This document shows positions 10,024 to 18,236 of a stretch of 64,000 nucleotides of DNA, in pieces. The position numbers and the translations under genes are program-made. This stretch comes from a virus (Duplodnaviria; Caudoviricetes), in IMG/VR virus record IMGVR_UViG_3300012007_000001, positions 32,001 to 96,000 of that record. One strand, given 5' to 3'. The first letter of the stretch is position 1. Each line of letters opens with the position of its first letter. The notes under the pieces were generated by a model. The model saw only the letters and a program-made list of their open reading frames with translations. It was not told where the DNA came from and ran no database searches.

Positions 10024-10866
10024 TTACTCCAGTATGTCGATTTTATCCATAAGTTCGCGCCCGTCCACGAATTTGCTGTTTGGGTCGAATCCCAGCTGAA
10101 TGAGTGCGCCCTGTGTCTCTTGCGGGTTTGGGAACGATACGATGAAATACGACAACATGCCGCCGTCGTTGTTGGTGTCGGATTTCTTGTTTATGCGGTC
10201 TTTGACCTTCTGAATCTCGTTGTGGCGGGCTATCTGATTTTCGGGCGTGTCATTGTAGAAGTCAACGCTCCTGTCAATCTTCGTGTTTTCCTCACTGCCG
10301 TGTGTGTTGGCATCCACCTGTGCAAGATGCTCGTTGTCCTGTGTCAGATTGCCTTTGCGCCAGTCGTTAGCGGGGTCTGTCTCTTCGGGTATGTCGGTGA
10401 TGTTCCTGAACTCGTCATCGTCAATGGGCGTTATGCCAAGCATCTCCAAATCGAAGTCATTGAAGCCTGCCGCCGTATGGTCTATCTTCCTTAGTACGTT
10501 TCTTAACAGGTCATCGTCGAAGTCGCCCTGCACAGCCTTGTTGTTAAGGAACATGTTCTGCTCCATCTCCTCCTTTTCGGGCAGATGGACTACCTCCACG
10601 CGGATTTCATAGTCATTCTCCTTGGTGTCGGGATTGTAGCGGTTCACCTCGTCGATTATCTGCACCTTCTGATGACCGCCGACAAGGTTTCCTGTATCTT
10701 CGTTCCAAATGATGCCGCCCATAAGCCCCAGCCGTTTAAGGTTGGCTTTCAGAGCCTTTCTTGCATCTTCGGTAATCTTGCGGGGATTATACTCGGCCAG
10801 CTTTATCTGACTGCGAAGGATTACCCTGCTTTCCGCTTGTTGAATCTTGCTTTTCTTCACTGCCAT
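10024..10866 (-). CDS. ParB/Srx N-terminal domain protein
   Basis: YNPRKI...LKANLKRLG...IIWN..TGNLVGGHQ. Confidence 0.85.
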   Translation of the reverse strand: MAVKKSKIQQAESRVILRSQIKLAEYNPRKITEDARKALKANLKRLGLMGGIIWNEDTGNLVGGHQKVQIIDEVNRYNPDTKENDYEIRVEVVHLPEKEEMEQNMFLNNKAVQGDFDDDLLRNVLRKIDHTAAGFNDFDLEMLGITPIDDDEFRNITDIPEETDPANDWRKGNLTQDNEHLAQVDANTHGSEENTKIDRSVDFYNDTPENQIARHNEIQKVKDRINKKSDTNNDGGMLSYFIVSFPNPQETQGALIQLGFDPNSKFVDGRELMDKIDILE

Positions 10867-10870
10867 AACC

Positions 10871-11647
10871 TTACTCCTCCTCCAGTTCTATGTCATCCGA
10901 CTGCAAGTTTTCAGGCATTTCCGTCTTTGTGGCGATACCGTGCTCGTAGTCGAAAATAAGTTTTTCGCAATAGGGGAACTCCTGCAAGCACCGCTGATAG
11001 TCACGCGGGTAGTTCTTTCTGAGAAACAGCAGATGGTCGAGGTCTATAGCCAACCCCTGCGACACATTGCCCTTCACGTATTCCAGCGGCCTAATCAGAG
11101 ACTTCGCCTTGATGTACTGCAACACCTCGCCGTTAGTCCACACGGCCAGCGGGTAAACCATGCCCTTCTTGGTCATGTATGTACCGTTCTGCTTCTTGAA
11201 CATCAGCAGGCGCATACGCTTCATGTAGCCGTCCACGCCCTTCATGCCGCTAAAGGCATAGGGTACGCCCGTTTCCTGCCTTACCTGTTCCTCTATCTGT
11301 CCGATGGTACGCATACGCAGGTGGTTCGGGTCTTTCTTCGGCAGCAGATAGCGGGGGTCGGGGTCACAGAAGAATCCTCCTGCCTTGAATGCGTCATGCT
11401 GAAAGTGCAGGATTTTCCGTACCTCCACATTCCTGTAATGCTTCTCAGCCCAATCAATGTAAGGCTGAACATGGTCGCAGTTGTTCACAAGGTACATGTA
11501 ATAGCAGATGACCTTCGGGAATGTCGTTGCCAGCATCTCCAGCAGGGCGATGCCGTCCTTGCCGCCAGCCGAATAGAACAGTACGGCGGTGTCTGTCTTT
11601 TCGCGGATGCCCTTGATGATGGCAATTGTCTCTGAATACTTGCTCAT
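10871..11647 (-). CDS. PAPS-reductase-like (PP-loop adenine-nucleotide alpha-hydrolase) protein
   Basis: LFYSAGGKDG motif; G.K..D...R; YPLAVWT..EV..YI. Confidence 0.8.
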   Translation of the reverse strand: MSKYSETIAIIKGIREKTDTAVLFYSAGGKDGIALLEMLATTFPKVICYYMYLVNNCDHVQPYIDWAEKHYRNVEVRKILHFQHDAFKAGGFFCDPDPRYLLPKKDPNHLRMRTIGQIEEQVRQETGVPYAFSGMKGVDGYMKRMRLLMFKKQNGTYMTKKGMVYPLAVWTNGEVLQYIKAKSLIRPLEYVKGNVSQGLAIDLDHLLFLRKNYPRDYQRCLQEFPYCEKLIFDYEHGIATKTEMPENLQSDDIELEEE

Positions 11648-11667
11648 AGTTCCGTTTATGTAATTTT

Positions 11668-12336
11668 TTAGTTTGAGCCGCCCAAAGCTGTACGCAAGGC
11701 AGCTGCTATGGTGTTCCCGCTTCCTCGGCGCAATACCCTTTCGCGGTCACTCATCATCCTATCCCAATCATCGTATGTCTTAACCCTGTCAAGGTTGATT
11801 TCCCTGCTTGGGTTATAGCTTCGCATCATTGCCGACAATCCTTTTGGCAGGGTCATGGCAACGACGGGAAGGCGTGTGCGCCCATCCCAATCAGACGGTG
11901 CTAAATCGTCATCCCATTCTACTTTTCCGATGGCTTTAGCACCATATTTCGCATACATATTCTGTAATCCACCACCATAGCAATCCAGCTTTCGGCCACC
12001 CCTTGCAGAAGCAAATGCCATGATGTTGGGCATCCTTCCGCGTGTCCTGCTGAAAACGGCCTCTACATTGCCGTCACTTGTTATGGCGAGTCCTGTCTTG
12101 TGGTCTTTAGAAAGGTAATAAGCCGTGCCACTGTTACGGTTATTCCTGAACTGTTTCTTTGTATGGGTATCAACCATCCAGCCGTGCCTGTTTTTCTTCT
12201 TGGCATAGTTGATGGCGTTTTTGAAAGCCCTTGGCGTTGCACGCTCAAATTCTACGTGAGAATGCCGAATACCCTTTCTTGTTAGGGCATTCTCGACACG
12301 CTTGTTTGCTTTTTCAATATCGCTTATGTACCTGAC
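11668..12336 (-). CDS. 222-aa basic protein, possible GNAT-like fold; proposed GTC start at 12336
   Basis: frame stays open 53 codons upstream of annotated ATG 12177, back to GTC preceded by TGA; 13 nt after upstream stop; VFS..GGRKLDCY..L..MYAKYG..WDD..AP.DW. Confidence 0.65.
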   Translation of the reverse strand, partial: VRYISDIEKANKRVENALTRKGIRHSHVEFERATPRAFKNAINYAKKKNRHGWMVDTHTKKQFRNNRNSGTAYYLSKDHKTGLAITSDGNVEAVFSRTRGRMPNIMAFASARGGRKLDCYGGGLQNMYAKYGAKAIGKVEWDDDLAPSDWDGRTRLPVVAMTLPKGLSAMMRSYNPSREINLDRVKTYDDWDRMMSDRERVLRRGSGNTIAAALRTALGGSN

Positions 12337-12349
12337 TCAGCCGTTCCGA

Positions 12350-12547
12350 TTACATTGTCAAAATATCAGCCATCAATTCAGGGCTGCTATAATCCATGTC
12401 ACTATCCAGCGAATCGTCGCTTGGGCTGTCTGCCAGTTTTCTTGCCTCATCCTCTGTCAGGTAAGGCTTGCCGTTCTCCTTGATTTTGCAGAGCTCCTCA
12501 AAAAGACGCTGGCGATACTCAGCTATCTGTTCTTTTGTATGCTTCAT
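12350..12547 (-). CDS. small acidic protein
   Basis: 65 aa, directly after the promoter at 12567-12600. Confidence 0.65.
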   Translation of the reverse strand: MKHTKEQIAEYRQRLFEELCKIKENGKPYLTEDEARKLADSPSDDSLDSDMDYSSPELMADILTM

Positions 12548-12566
12548 TGTTGTTCATTTAATAGTG

Positions 12567-12600
12567 CAAAGATAAAGCAAATAAATTGATTTACCAAATA
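12567..12600 (-). promoter_or_regulatory. promoter with overlapping operator
   Basis: TTTGGTAAATCAATTTATTTGCTTTATCTTTGCA. Confidence 0.7.
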
Positions 12601-12655
12601 TTTCTCGTTATTTTTTGTTGCATATCACTTTATTTAACTCTTCCGCTAAATCAGA

Positions 12656-12693
12656 ATGGCCACCACCATCATTTTGCTGACGGCGATGGCCAT
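12656..12693 (-). terminator. 16-bp hairpin (terminator/processing site)
   Basis: ATGGCCATCGCCGTCA-GCAAAA-TGATGGTGGTGGCCAT; fully paired with G-U only on the minus-strand RNA. Confidence 0.6.
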
Positions 12694-12714
12694 GATGTCG
12701 GCTCAAGGCAACCT

Positions 12715-12969
12715 TTAGCCCTCAGAGCCTGCGGCAGCACGAAGGGCGGCAGAGCGCAAGGCTGCACCACGAACACCACGCGCACGCATAGCGGCTACGT
12801 TCTGACGTGCTTGTCGGGCGAATGCCACACGAAGGTCTTGACGACGCTGTTCACGGTTTCCCCAACCTGCACGGCCTTCCGCATAGCGGCCACCATTTGC
12901 CAGTCGGCGACTACCTGCACCGTTCACGTTTGACGTGACACCAGTGATTCGATTGATTCTGTTTCTGAC
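12715..12969 (-). CDS. 84-aa Arg/Ala/Gly-rich basic protein; proposed GTC start at 12969
   Basis: VRNRINRITGVTSNVNGAGSRR...; GTC preceded by TGA, same GCTGAGTCAG context as 12336. Confidence 0.65.
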   Translation of the reverse strand, partial: VRNRINRITGVTSNVNGAGSRRLANGGRYAEGRAGWGNREQRRQDLRVAFARQARQNVAAMRARGVRGAALRSAALRAAAGSEG

Positions 12970-13001
12970 TCAGCATTCAAATTAAAGGGTTCTACATTAT
13001 G

Positions 13002-13412
13002 TTAGTTGTCTGAATGGGCTTCCTGTTCCCCGTCGAAGATTTCACAGTTCTCCGTCTGCAATACTTCGCCGAGTTCATACTGCATCTGCGTAACATAGTA
13101 GGTCTCGCCGTTGTCAACGAATGTAAGCGGCTCACCAGTCTTTTCGTCATCCATCTGAACGACCTTAATCCCGATGACCTGTACCAGCAGGCGGGGGGCA
13201 TTCTTCTGACGGCCATTGATAAGCTGCAAGGCATCATAGCCCACAACCTCGACATCGCTTGTGCCGTCGCCGTTGTCCTTTTCCACCAAATACTGCTTGG
13301 CGTTACGCGGGTAAACAAATCGGTGCTCGACCTTCTGCTCACCCTTCAAGATTTTCTTGAAACTGTCGCGCTTGATTTGTAGCGTCAGTACATCTAATCC
13401 TTCTAAATTCAT
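13002..13412 (-). CDS. ASCH/PUA-like domain protein
   Basis: LTLQIKRDSFKKILKGEQKVEHR (GxKxxExR-like); YDALQLING. Confidence 0.75.
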   Translation of the reverse strand: MNLEGLDVLTLQIKRDSFKKILKGEQKVEHRFVYPRNAKQYLVEKDNGDGTSDVEVVGYDALQLINGRQKNAPRLLVQVIGIKVVQMDDEKTGEPLTFVDNGETYYVTQMQYELGEVLQTENCEIFDGEQEAHSDN

Positions 13413-13445
13413 TTTAATTCCGATTTAATTGTTACTATAATATTG

Positions 13446-13518
13446 TTGCGGGAGCAGGGCTCGAACCTGCGACCTCCAGTAAGTCAGACTGTTAAGCTAC
13501 CAACTGCTCCATCCCGCG
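13446..13518 (-). tRNA. initiator-type (tRNA-fMet-like) tRNA with GAC (Val) anticodon
   Basis: 73-nt cloverleaf CGCGGGA TG GAGC AGTTGGTA GCTT A ACAGT CTGACTT ACTGG AGGTC GCAGG TTCGAGC CCTGC TCCCGCA A; C1:A72, A11-U24, U37. Confidence 0.85.
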
Positions 13519-13526
13519 ATTTTCGG

Positions 13527-13534
13527 CAAAGTTA
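13527..13534 (-). promoter_or_regulatory. -7 promoter element for the tRNA/ASCH operon
   Basis: TAACTTTG 8 nt upstream of tRNA position 1. Confidence 0.6.
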
Positions 13535-13699
13535 CACATATTACTTTTGTCATGTGAATCTATGCCTACATTATATTTCACCAATTTATATTAGTGAAAG
13601 AATCGCGGTATTTTGCAGCTGTTTCACTTCCAATTATTCAATCATCTTGCTTTATATTTCACCCAGCGGGCGCATTTCTTTCTGTATGACGTAGTACAT

Positions 13700-13749
13700 A
13701 TTATATTCGCCTTTCTTTATCCTGTCGGCATCAGGTCTAAACGGTTTTG
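13700..13749 (-). ncRNA. repeated pseudoknot-like 5' leader motif, copy H
   Basis: TTTAGA-CCTG-ATGCCGA-CAGG-ATAAAGAAA-GGCG-8 nt-ATG, after promoter TTTGGTAG...TACCTTTGCA. Confidence 0.65.
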
Positions 13750-13823
13750 TCTTTGCAAAGGTACGAAATAATATTGAAACTACCAAACTTTTTTTGCAGA
13801 AAAATAAAGCAAATAAATTTATT

Positions 13824-14759
13824 TTACCATTCCGCAAAGATGTTATGACTGGCATCAACGACTTGCTCGGAGTACTGAACACGGCAATCCACCTTGTTTC
13901 TGATGCTGTCTTTCCAGTATATCTTAGACTTCGGGGCTTTCGCTGCCACAATCTCCTGCACGTCATTGACGAACTTCACTATGCCGTCAAGCGTGATGGG
14001 CTTCTTGTTGTGCTTCTTGCCGCTTTCCAGCCCTATCTTATAGACATCGCAGAATCCCAATGATTCTTTTATCATCTCCAGCGAATCATCCAAGTCTATC
14101 ACAGGCTCGATGCTGGCAAAGGTATGAACGCCGTATTCCGCGCTAATTCTCGCCATTGCATCCACACGCTGCATATTCGTTGACGCATTCGGCTCAAGGT
14201 CATCCCTGCCTGTCAGCGTGAAACCGACGCACAGGTTCTTACCGCCATTGACCAGCAGACGATGACCACCGATTCCGTACACCCACTCAGAGCGTTTCGT
14301 CAGCATGGTAACTGGCACTGGAGGCAAATCGTTTCTTCTGCTTCCGTCCTCGTTACATCCCAACGCGATATAGGCACACCGCATGAATGTATAGAAGGTG
14401 TCTAACGGCTGCTGTAGGCACGGGTCACTGCTGAACGTGAAGAAGATTCCACGGCCATCTACCATGATTCTATCCCTGTACCTGTTCAGTTCCTTCTCAA
14501 ACACTTGCACGGCCTTGTTACATCCGACAATGAATGCGAGTTTTCTTGAAGCGTCGCAGTCATTCTTGAATTTGACATCCTTTGCCGTCAGCTGAAACTC
14601 CTTTTTCAGTTGAGGGATTTTCTGACCCATTCCGTGACCTAACACACCTTTCTTGCAGTAGCAATACTCACAGTCATTTGAACACCCGACAAAGATATTT
14701 GCCGCCCAAGGAGCGTATTCACGGGCTTTGCCCGATGGCTGATAAATAATCTTTCCCAT
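13824..14759 (-). CDS. radical SAM protein
   Basis: GCSNDCEYCYC (CxxxCxxC), SSDP, LTK, SIEPV; start at MGKIIY. Confidence 0.85.
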   Translation of the reverse strand: MGKIIYQPSGKAREYAPWAANIFVGCSNDCEYCYCKKGVLGHGMGQKIPQLKKEFQLTAKDVKFKNDCDASRKLAFIVGCNKAVQVFEKELNRYRDRIMVDGRGIFFTFSSDPCLQQPLDTFYTFMRCAYIALGCNEDGSRRNDLPPVPVTMLTKRSEWVYGIGGHRLLVNGGKNLCVGFTLTGRDDLEPNASTNMQRVDAMARISAEYGVHTFASIEPVIDLDDSLEMIKESLGFCDVYKIGLESGKKHNKKPITLDGIVKFVNDVQEIVAAKAPKSKIYWKDSIRNKVDCRVQYSEQVVDASHNIFAEW

Positions 14760-14760
14760 A

Positions 14761-14979
14761 TTACTGAAACTTAGAAAAATCCTTCTTGAAAACGACAAAC
14801 TTACCGTCAGTCCGTGCCTTGCACTTGCCAATCTGCGCACGCACAGAATCTACTTCGCAATGCTTCTGCTTCCTGACCACCTTTCCGTGAAAGAAACATC
14901 CACGGCAGAACGAGTCAGCCTCCTGAACTTTCATACGAACACCGTCACAGGTGAACACATCATTAATCGGCCTTTCCAT
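14761..14979 (-). CDS. small Cys-rich protein (paralog of 33214-33423)
   Basis: MER.I..V...KV.E...C.GCFF...C....G.C...R.DGK.V.F. Confidence 0.65.
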   Translation of the reverse strand: MERPINDVFTCDGVRMKVQEADSFCRGCFFHGKVVRKQKHCEVDSVRAQIGKCKARTDGKFVVFKKDFSKFQ

Positions 14980-14980
14980 A

Positions 14981-15202
14981 TCACTTACCTTTTTCATCAT
15001 AGGGCTTGCCGCAAAACGGGCAGAATTTCACCTTGTCATCCAAACCGATATAGCGGTTATGCTTTGAATAGTTCCCGCTCTTGGTCTTTGGCCTGAACCA
15101 TCCAGTTACATATATCCGACCGTCAGGCGATACATGTTCCACACCGCCGACACCGTACTGCTTGCACAGTTCAGCCTTAATCTTAGCTACACAATCACAC
15201 AT
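14981..15202 (-). CDS. small Zn-finger protein
   Basis: MCDC...FCPFCGK. Confidence 0.6.
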   Translation of the reverse strand: MCDCVAKIKAELCKQYGVGGVEHVSPDGRIYVTGWFRPKTKSGNYSKHNRYIGLDDKVKFCPFCGKPYDEKGK

Positions 15203-15925
15203 ATTCTATTGTTTCTTAAATGGATTCTGAAACACTAACTTTGTCTTTTTTATAAAATCCCTTCCAGCAGTTCCTTTCGGTGCTGTCTCTTCATACCAAA
15301 CGACTCTCCGCAATAGGAGAGACTTTGAATTGATATGCAACCAGCACCGATGCTCCTTTGACGGGCTACAACATTCAAAGTCACAACAGCATTCATCACG
15401 CCAAGGGTTATGTATGGCGATTCCAAACACTTGCAAGAAAGACTGAATACGCGCAGAAAAAGCAATGTTTTTCCGAAACGCTGTCTTCCAATAATATTTT
15501 CTGTAATACCAAATCTTTTTCATACAATCTATTTCTTATGTCTGTTGGCATAGATTTTCATGGCCGTCTTTTTGTTCCGCGCCATGATTTTCTCGCCGTG
15601 GATTACAAACTCATGCTCTTGCATGTTCACACCATACATCTGATGATTCCGCGCCTTTTCCTCTTCGGTTAGTTCACGGCCTCCAGTTGCTCTATGCCTT
15701 CTGCGTGTGCCAGTATCAAATATTGACGTATCACCAGCACCAGCCACAGCCGCCATCATCAGCGTAGCGGCCATCAGTTTGCTAATCTTTCTCATTTCGG
15801 TTCCTCCTCTGCCTTTTCAGGTCGCCATTCATTGAAGAATCCGCATTCACGGGTGGCGTTTTCATGGTTGCCAAATCCCATCTTGTGCAAATCCAGTTCC
15901 TTGAACTCGACCATCTTTCTTACAT

Positions 15926-16555
15926 TCATAACCATTCGATTTTATTGTTTGTGATATAGTAGTGTGACTTGCAGGGAAATTCAAAGTTCCCTACAGACGG
16001 GCGCATCGTTACCGTTCCGTCATCGTTCTTTGTCAGACTCCAGCCGCCAGCCTTGAACGGCATGACCACCAACTCGCCACATCCACAGGCGCACAGGTGG
16101 GATGTCGTTTCAAACTTTTCGCTGATATACAGTTTTCCGTATTCAAGCTGATTCGGCAAATACTCCACAAAGACGGGCTCGATTCTTTCAAGTCGCTTCC
16201 CAAGCGTTTTCTCGTTGTGAAGTTCAATCCTGATGGCCTCCTGCAAGGGCGGCAGAATCTTCTCGGCAAACCGCTTGCACGATGCCTCGACCTTTCGGCC
16301 TGTTGCCGTGTATGCTATTCCGTTATACATCTTGTTACCGAAATAGTCAACACCGATATTAAGAATGAACTCGCGAAAATCATCCCTGCCTGTGCTGCCC
16401 CAGCAGAAATTGAAATTGCCATAGTCTGTGACAGCGAAGAAATAACCGTCGCCAGTCAGAATTACACGGCCAAGAAAGCCGCCAAACTCGTTGTGAAGAA
16501 TATACATCCACACAACAACACCGTTTCCGTGATTATTTGTTATTACATTTTTCAT
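15926..16555 (-). CDS. two-domain protein with C-terminal DUF6527-like domain
   Basis: HLCACGCG..V..P....W........TMRPSVGN...CKSHYYI...I.W. Confidence 0.65.
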   Translation of the reverse strand: MKNVITNNHGNGVVVWMYILHNEFGGFLGRVILTGDGYFFAVTDYGNFNFCWGSTGRDDFREFILNIGVDYFGNKMYNGIAYTATGRKVEASCKRFAEKILPPLQEAIRIELHNEKTLGKRLERIEPVFVEYLPNQLEYGKLYISEKFETTSHLCACGCGELVVMPFKAGGWSLTKNDDGTVTMRPSVGNFEFPCKSHYYITNNKIEWL

Positions 16556-16556
16556 T

Positions 16557-16826
16557 TTAATTCAATTTATGATATACATGAAACCACCTGTTATCCAGTG
16601 TGCGCACCGTACCGATATACTCCAGCTTACCGCGCAACATCTGACGTTCCTCGTACATGATGACCTGAACATCTTCAAAATCATCATTACCCAAGTCTAT
16701 CTCCGCAAACAGGCAGATAGTCGGCAAAAGGTTTTCAACCGTCAGAATCCTGTAACCCTTCGGCATCGTCACCTTCTGCACGACGTTACTCTGCGCCTGT
16801 AGCGGATATTTCATTATTGTTTCCAT
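16557..16826 (-). CDS. hypothetical phage protein
   Basis: IMKYPL...MPKG..ILTV...YIGTV...FHVY. Confidence 0.6.
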   Translation of the reverse strand: METIMKYPLQAQSNVVQKVTMPKGYRILTVENLLPTICLFAEIDLGNDDFEDVQVIMYEERQMLRGKLEYIGTVRTLDNRWFHVYHKLN

Positions 16827-17467
16827 TCCGCTTTGTATTTCGGTGCTGGTATGCCCTTTACACGGTTCAGCACATAATCATATACCTTTTTACAGAAATC
16901 ATCGTCGAGAAAAGCATCTGACTTTGCAGCAACATCCAGCCCGCACTCAAAGAACTGCGTCTTTGTGATTGCTGATACATGGTAACGCTTCTGAATGGCA
17001 CTCATTCCATTCAGGTTGCCGTTCTTTCTATACAGCATGACAACATCATTCAGATACCATTTGAAGTTATCCTGCTTGCGTTCCTTGTTGGTCATCGTAT
17101 GTGTGCCGCCCGTCTGCTTTTTCAGCGTGTCAACGGCAAACTCCAAGGCTGCAATAAGGGTATCAAGTTCACAATCACCGCCGAATGTCAGTTCAACGAG
17201 GCTTGCATCGTTAATTTCCACATCCTTATAGCTGGCATCATCCACAGAGTAGCCCTTCACCCTGCATCGCATATCGGTGCTGGCTTCATCCTTAATCTTT
17301 AGATAAGTACGGCCACCATGCCCGCTGTCGCCACCACAATAGCCAGTTGTTCCAACTTCTACCGTGATAATGTTTGCACTGACAATCTCCTGCGACAAAG
17401 TTTCAATCTTCGCGCCGTCAATTTCGACCTGACCCTTTACGGGTTCACCACTTCCATATTCAACCAT
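16814..17467 (-). CDS. hypothetical phage protein
   Basis: GTTGYCGGDSGHGGRT conserved-looking motif. Confidence 0.6.
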   Translation of the reverse strand: MVEYGSGEPVKGQVEIDGAKIETLSQEIVSANIITVEVGTTGYCGGDSGHGGRTYLKIKDEASTDMRCRVKGYSVDDASYKDVEINDASLVELTFGGDCELDTLIAALEFAVDTLKKQTGGTHTMTNKERKQDNFKWYLNDVVMLYRKNGNLNGMSAIQKRYHVSAITKTQFFECGLDVAAKSDAFLDDDFCKKVYDYVLNRVKGIPAPKYKAEWKQ

Positions 17468-17469
17468 AA

Positions 17470-17892
17470 TTATTCTGTTTTTGTTTTACTTTGATGACCT
17501 TCACAGCTATCTGTCTTTTCGATGCCGATGAATTGGCGCAATGTGCATTTCTTCCCAGCACGATGCAGACAACTTTCACACGACGGCTCAAACAGGATTT
17601 CCATTTCCCTGCCACCATCCTGCATACCCTTCGCAAAATAGTATTCGACATGTGCGCCGTTGCTTTTCAGCCAGTTCGCCAGCATATAGATACCGTCGCA
17701 CTTCCGCAGTTCCTCAAGGTCAACCATCAAGTAATCGTCAAACTCCTTGCAGTTGGTCTTGTCAAACTTCCACGGGTTCACAGGCTCATACCCCTGCTTG
17801 GCCAAATGCTTTTCAGCACGTTCAAAAAGCATCTGAGAATACATAGGAGGCAACCCCGCAATCTTACCTGATATATAGATTTTCTTCTTCAT
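17470..17892 (-). CDS. DUF4406 / nucleoside 2-deoxyribosyltransferase-like protein
   Basis: IYISGKIAG...VNP...CDGIYMLANWLKSNGAHVE. Confidence 0.85.
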   Translation of the reverse strand: MKKKIYISGKIAGLPPMYSQMLFERAEKHLAKQGYEPVNPWKFDKTNCKEFDDYLMVDLEELRKCDGIYMLANWLKSNGAHVEYYFAKGMQDGGREMEILFEPSCESCLHRAGKKCTLRQFIGIEKTDSCEGHQSKTKTE

Positions 17893-18233
17893 TTCACACG
17901 CCTGTAAATCATACCATCACAACTACCCTTTGAATAGTCAGTTCCTTCACCATAGTAAGGATGCTTGCAATCTCTGCCTTTATGAAAACAGCAGCCTTCA
18001 CAGCACATCTTGCCCTTGCGTTCCGTCTGCTGGTAGGTCTTGCCGTCATGCGTAAACATGATGTACTTCTTTCGCCACGGTGCTTTACCGTTGATTTCGT
18101 CGGCTGCTTCATGCACGGCCTTATTCAGCGCAGCCAAAACGCCATAACCCAAAAGCCTGTTAGAATAACTTGTGACTTTAATGCTTCCGTCATCATTCTG
18201 AATGACCTCGCACTTATAGATTCTCCGCTTCAT
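17889..18233 (-). CDS. Cys-rich hypothetical protein
   Basis: CCEGCCF...C...C motif. Confidence 0.55.
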   Translation of the reverse strand: MKRRIYKCEVIQNDDGSIKVTSYSNRLLGYGVLAALNKAVHEAADEINGKAPWRKKYIMFTHDGKTYQQTERKGKMCCEGCCFHKGRDCKHPYYGEGTDYSKGSCDGMIYRRVK

Positions 18234-18236
18234 AGG

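Noticed and set aside
12337-12972. UGA read-through to explain the two GTC-opened frames
   Set aside because: No in-frame upstream gene or start feeds either TGA; the upstream ORFs end at their own TAA stops.
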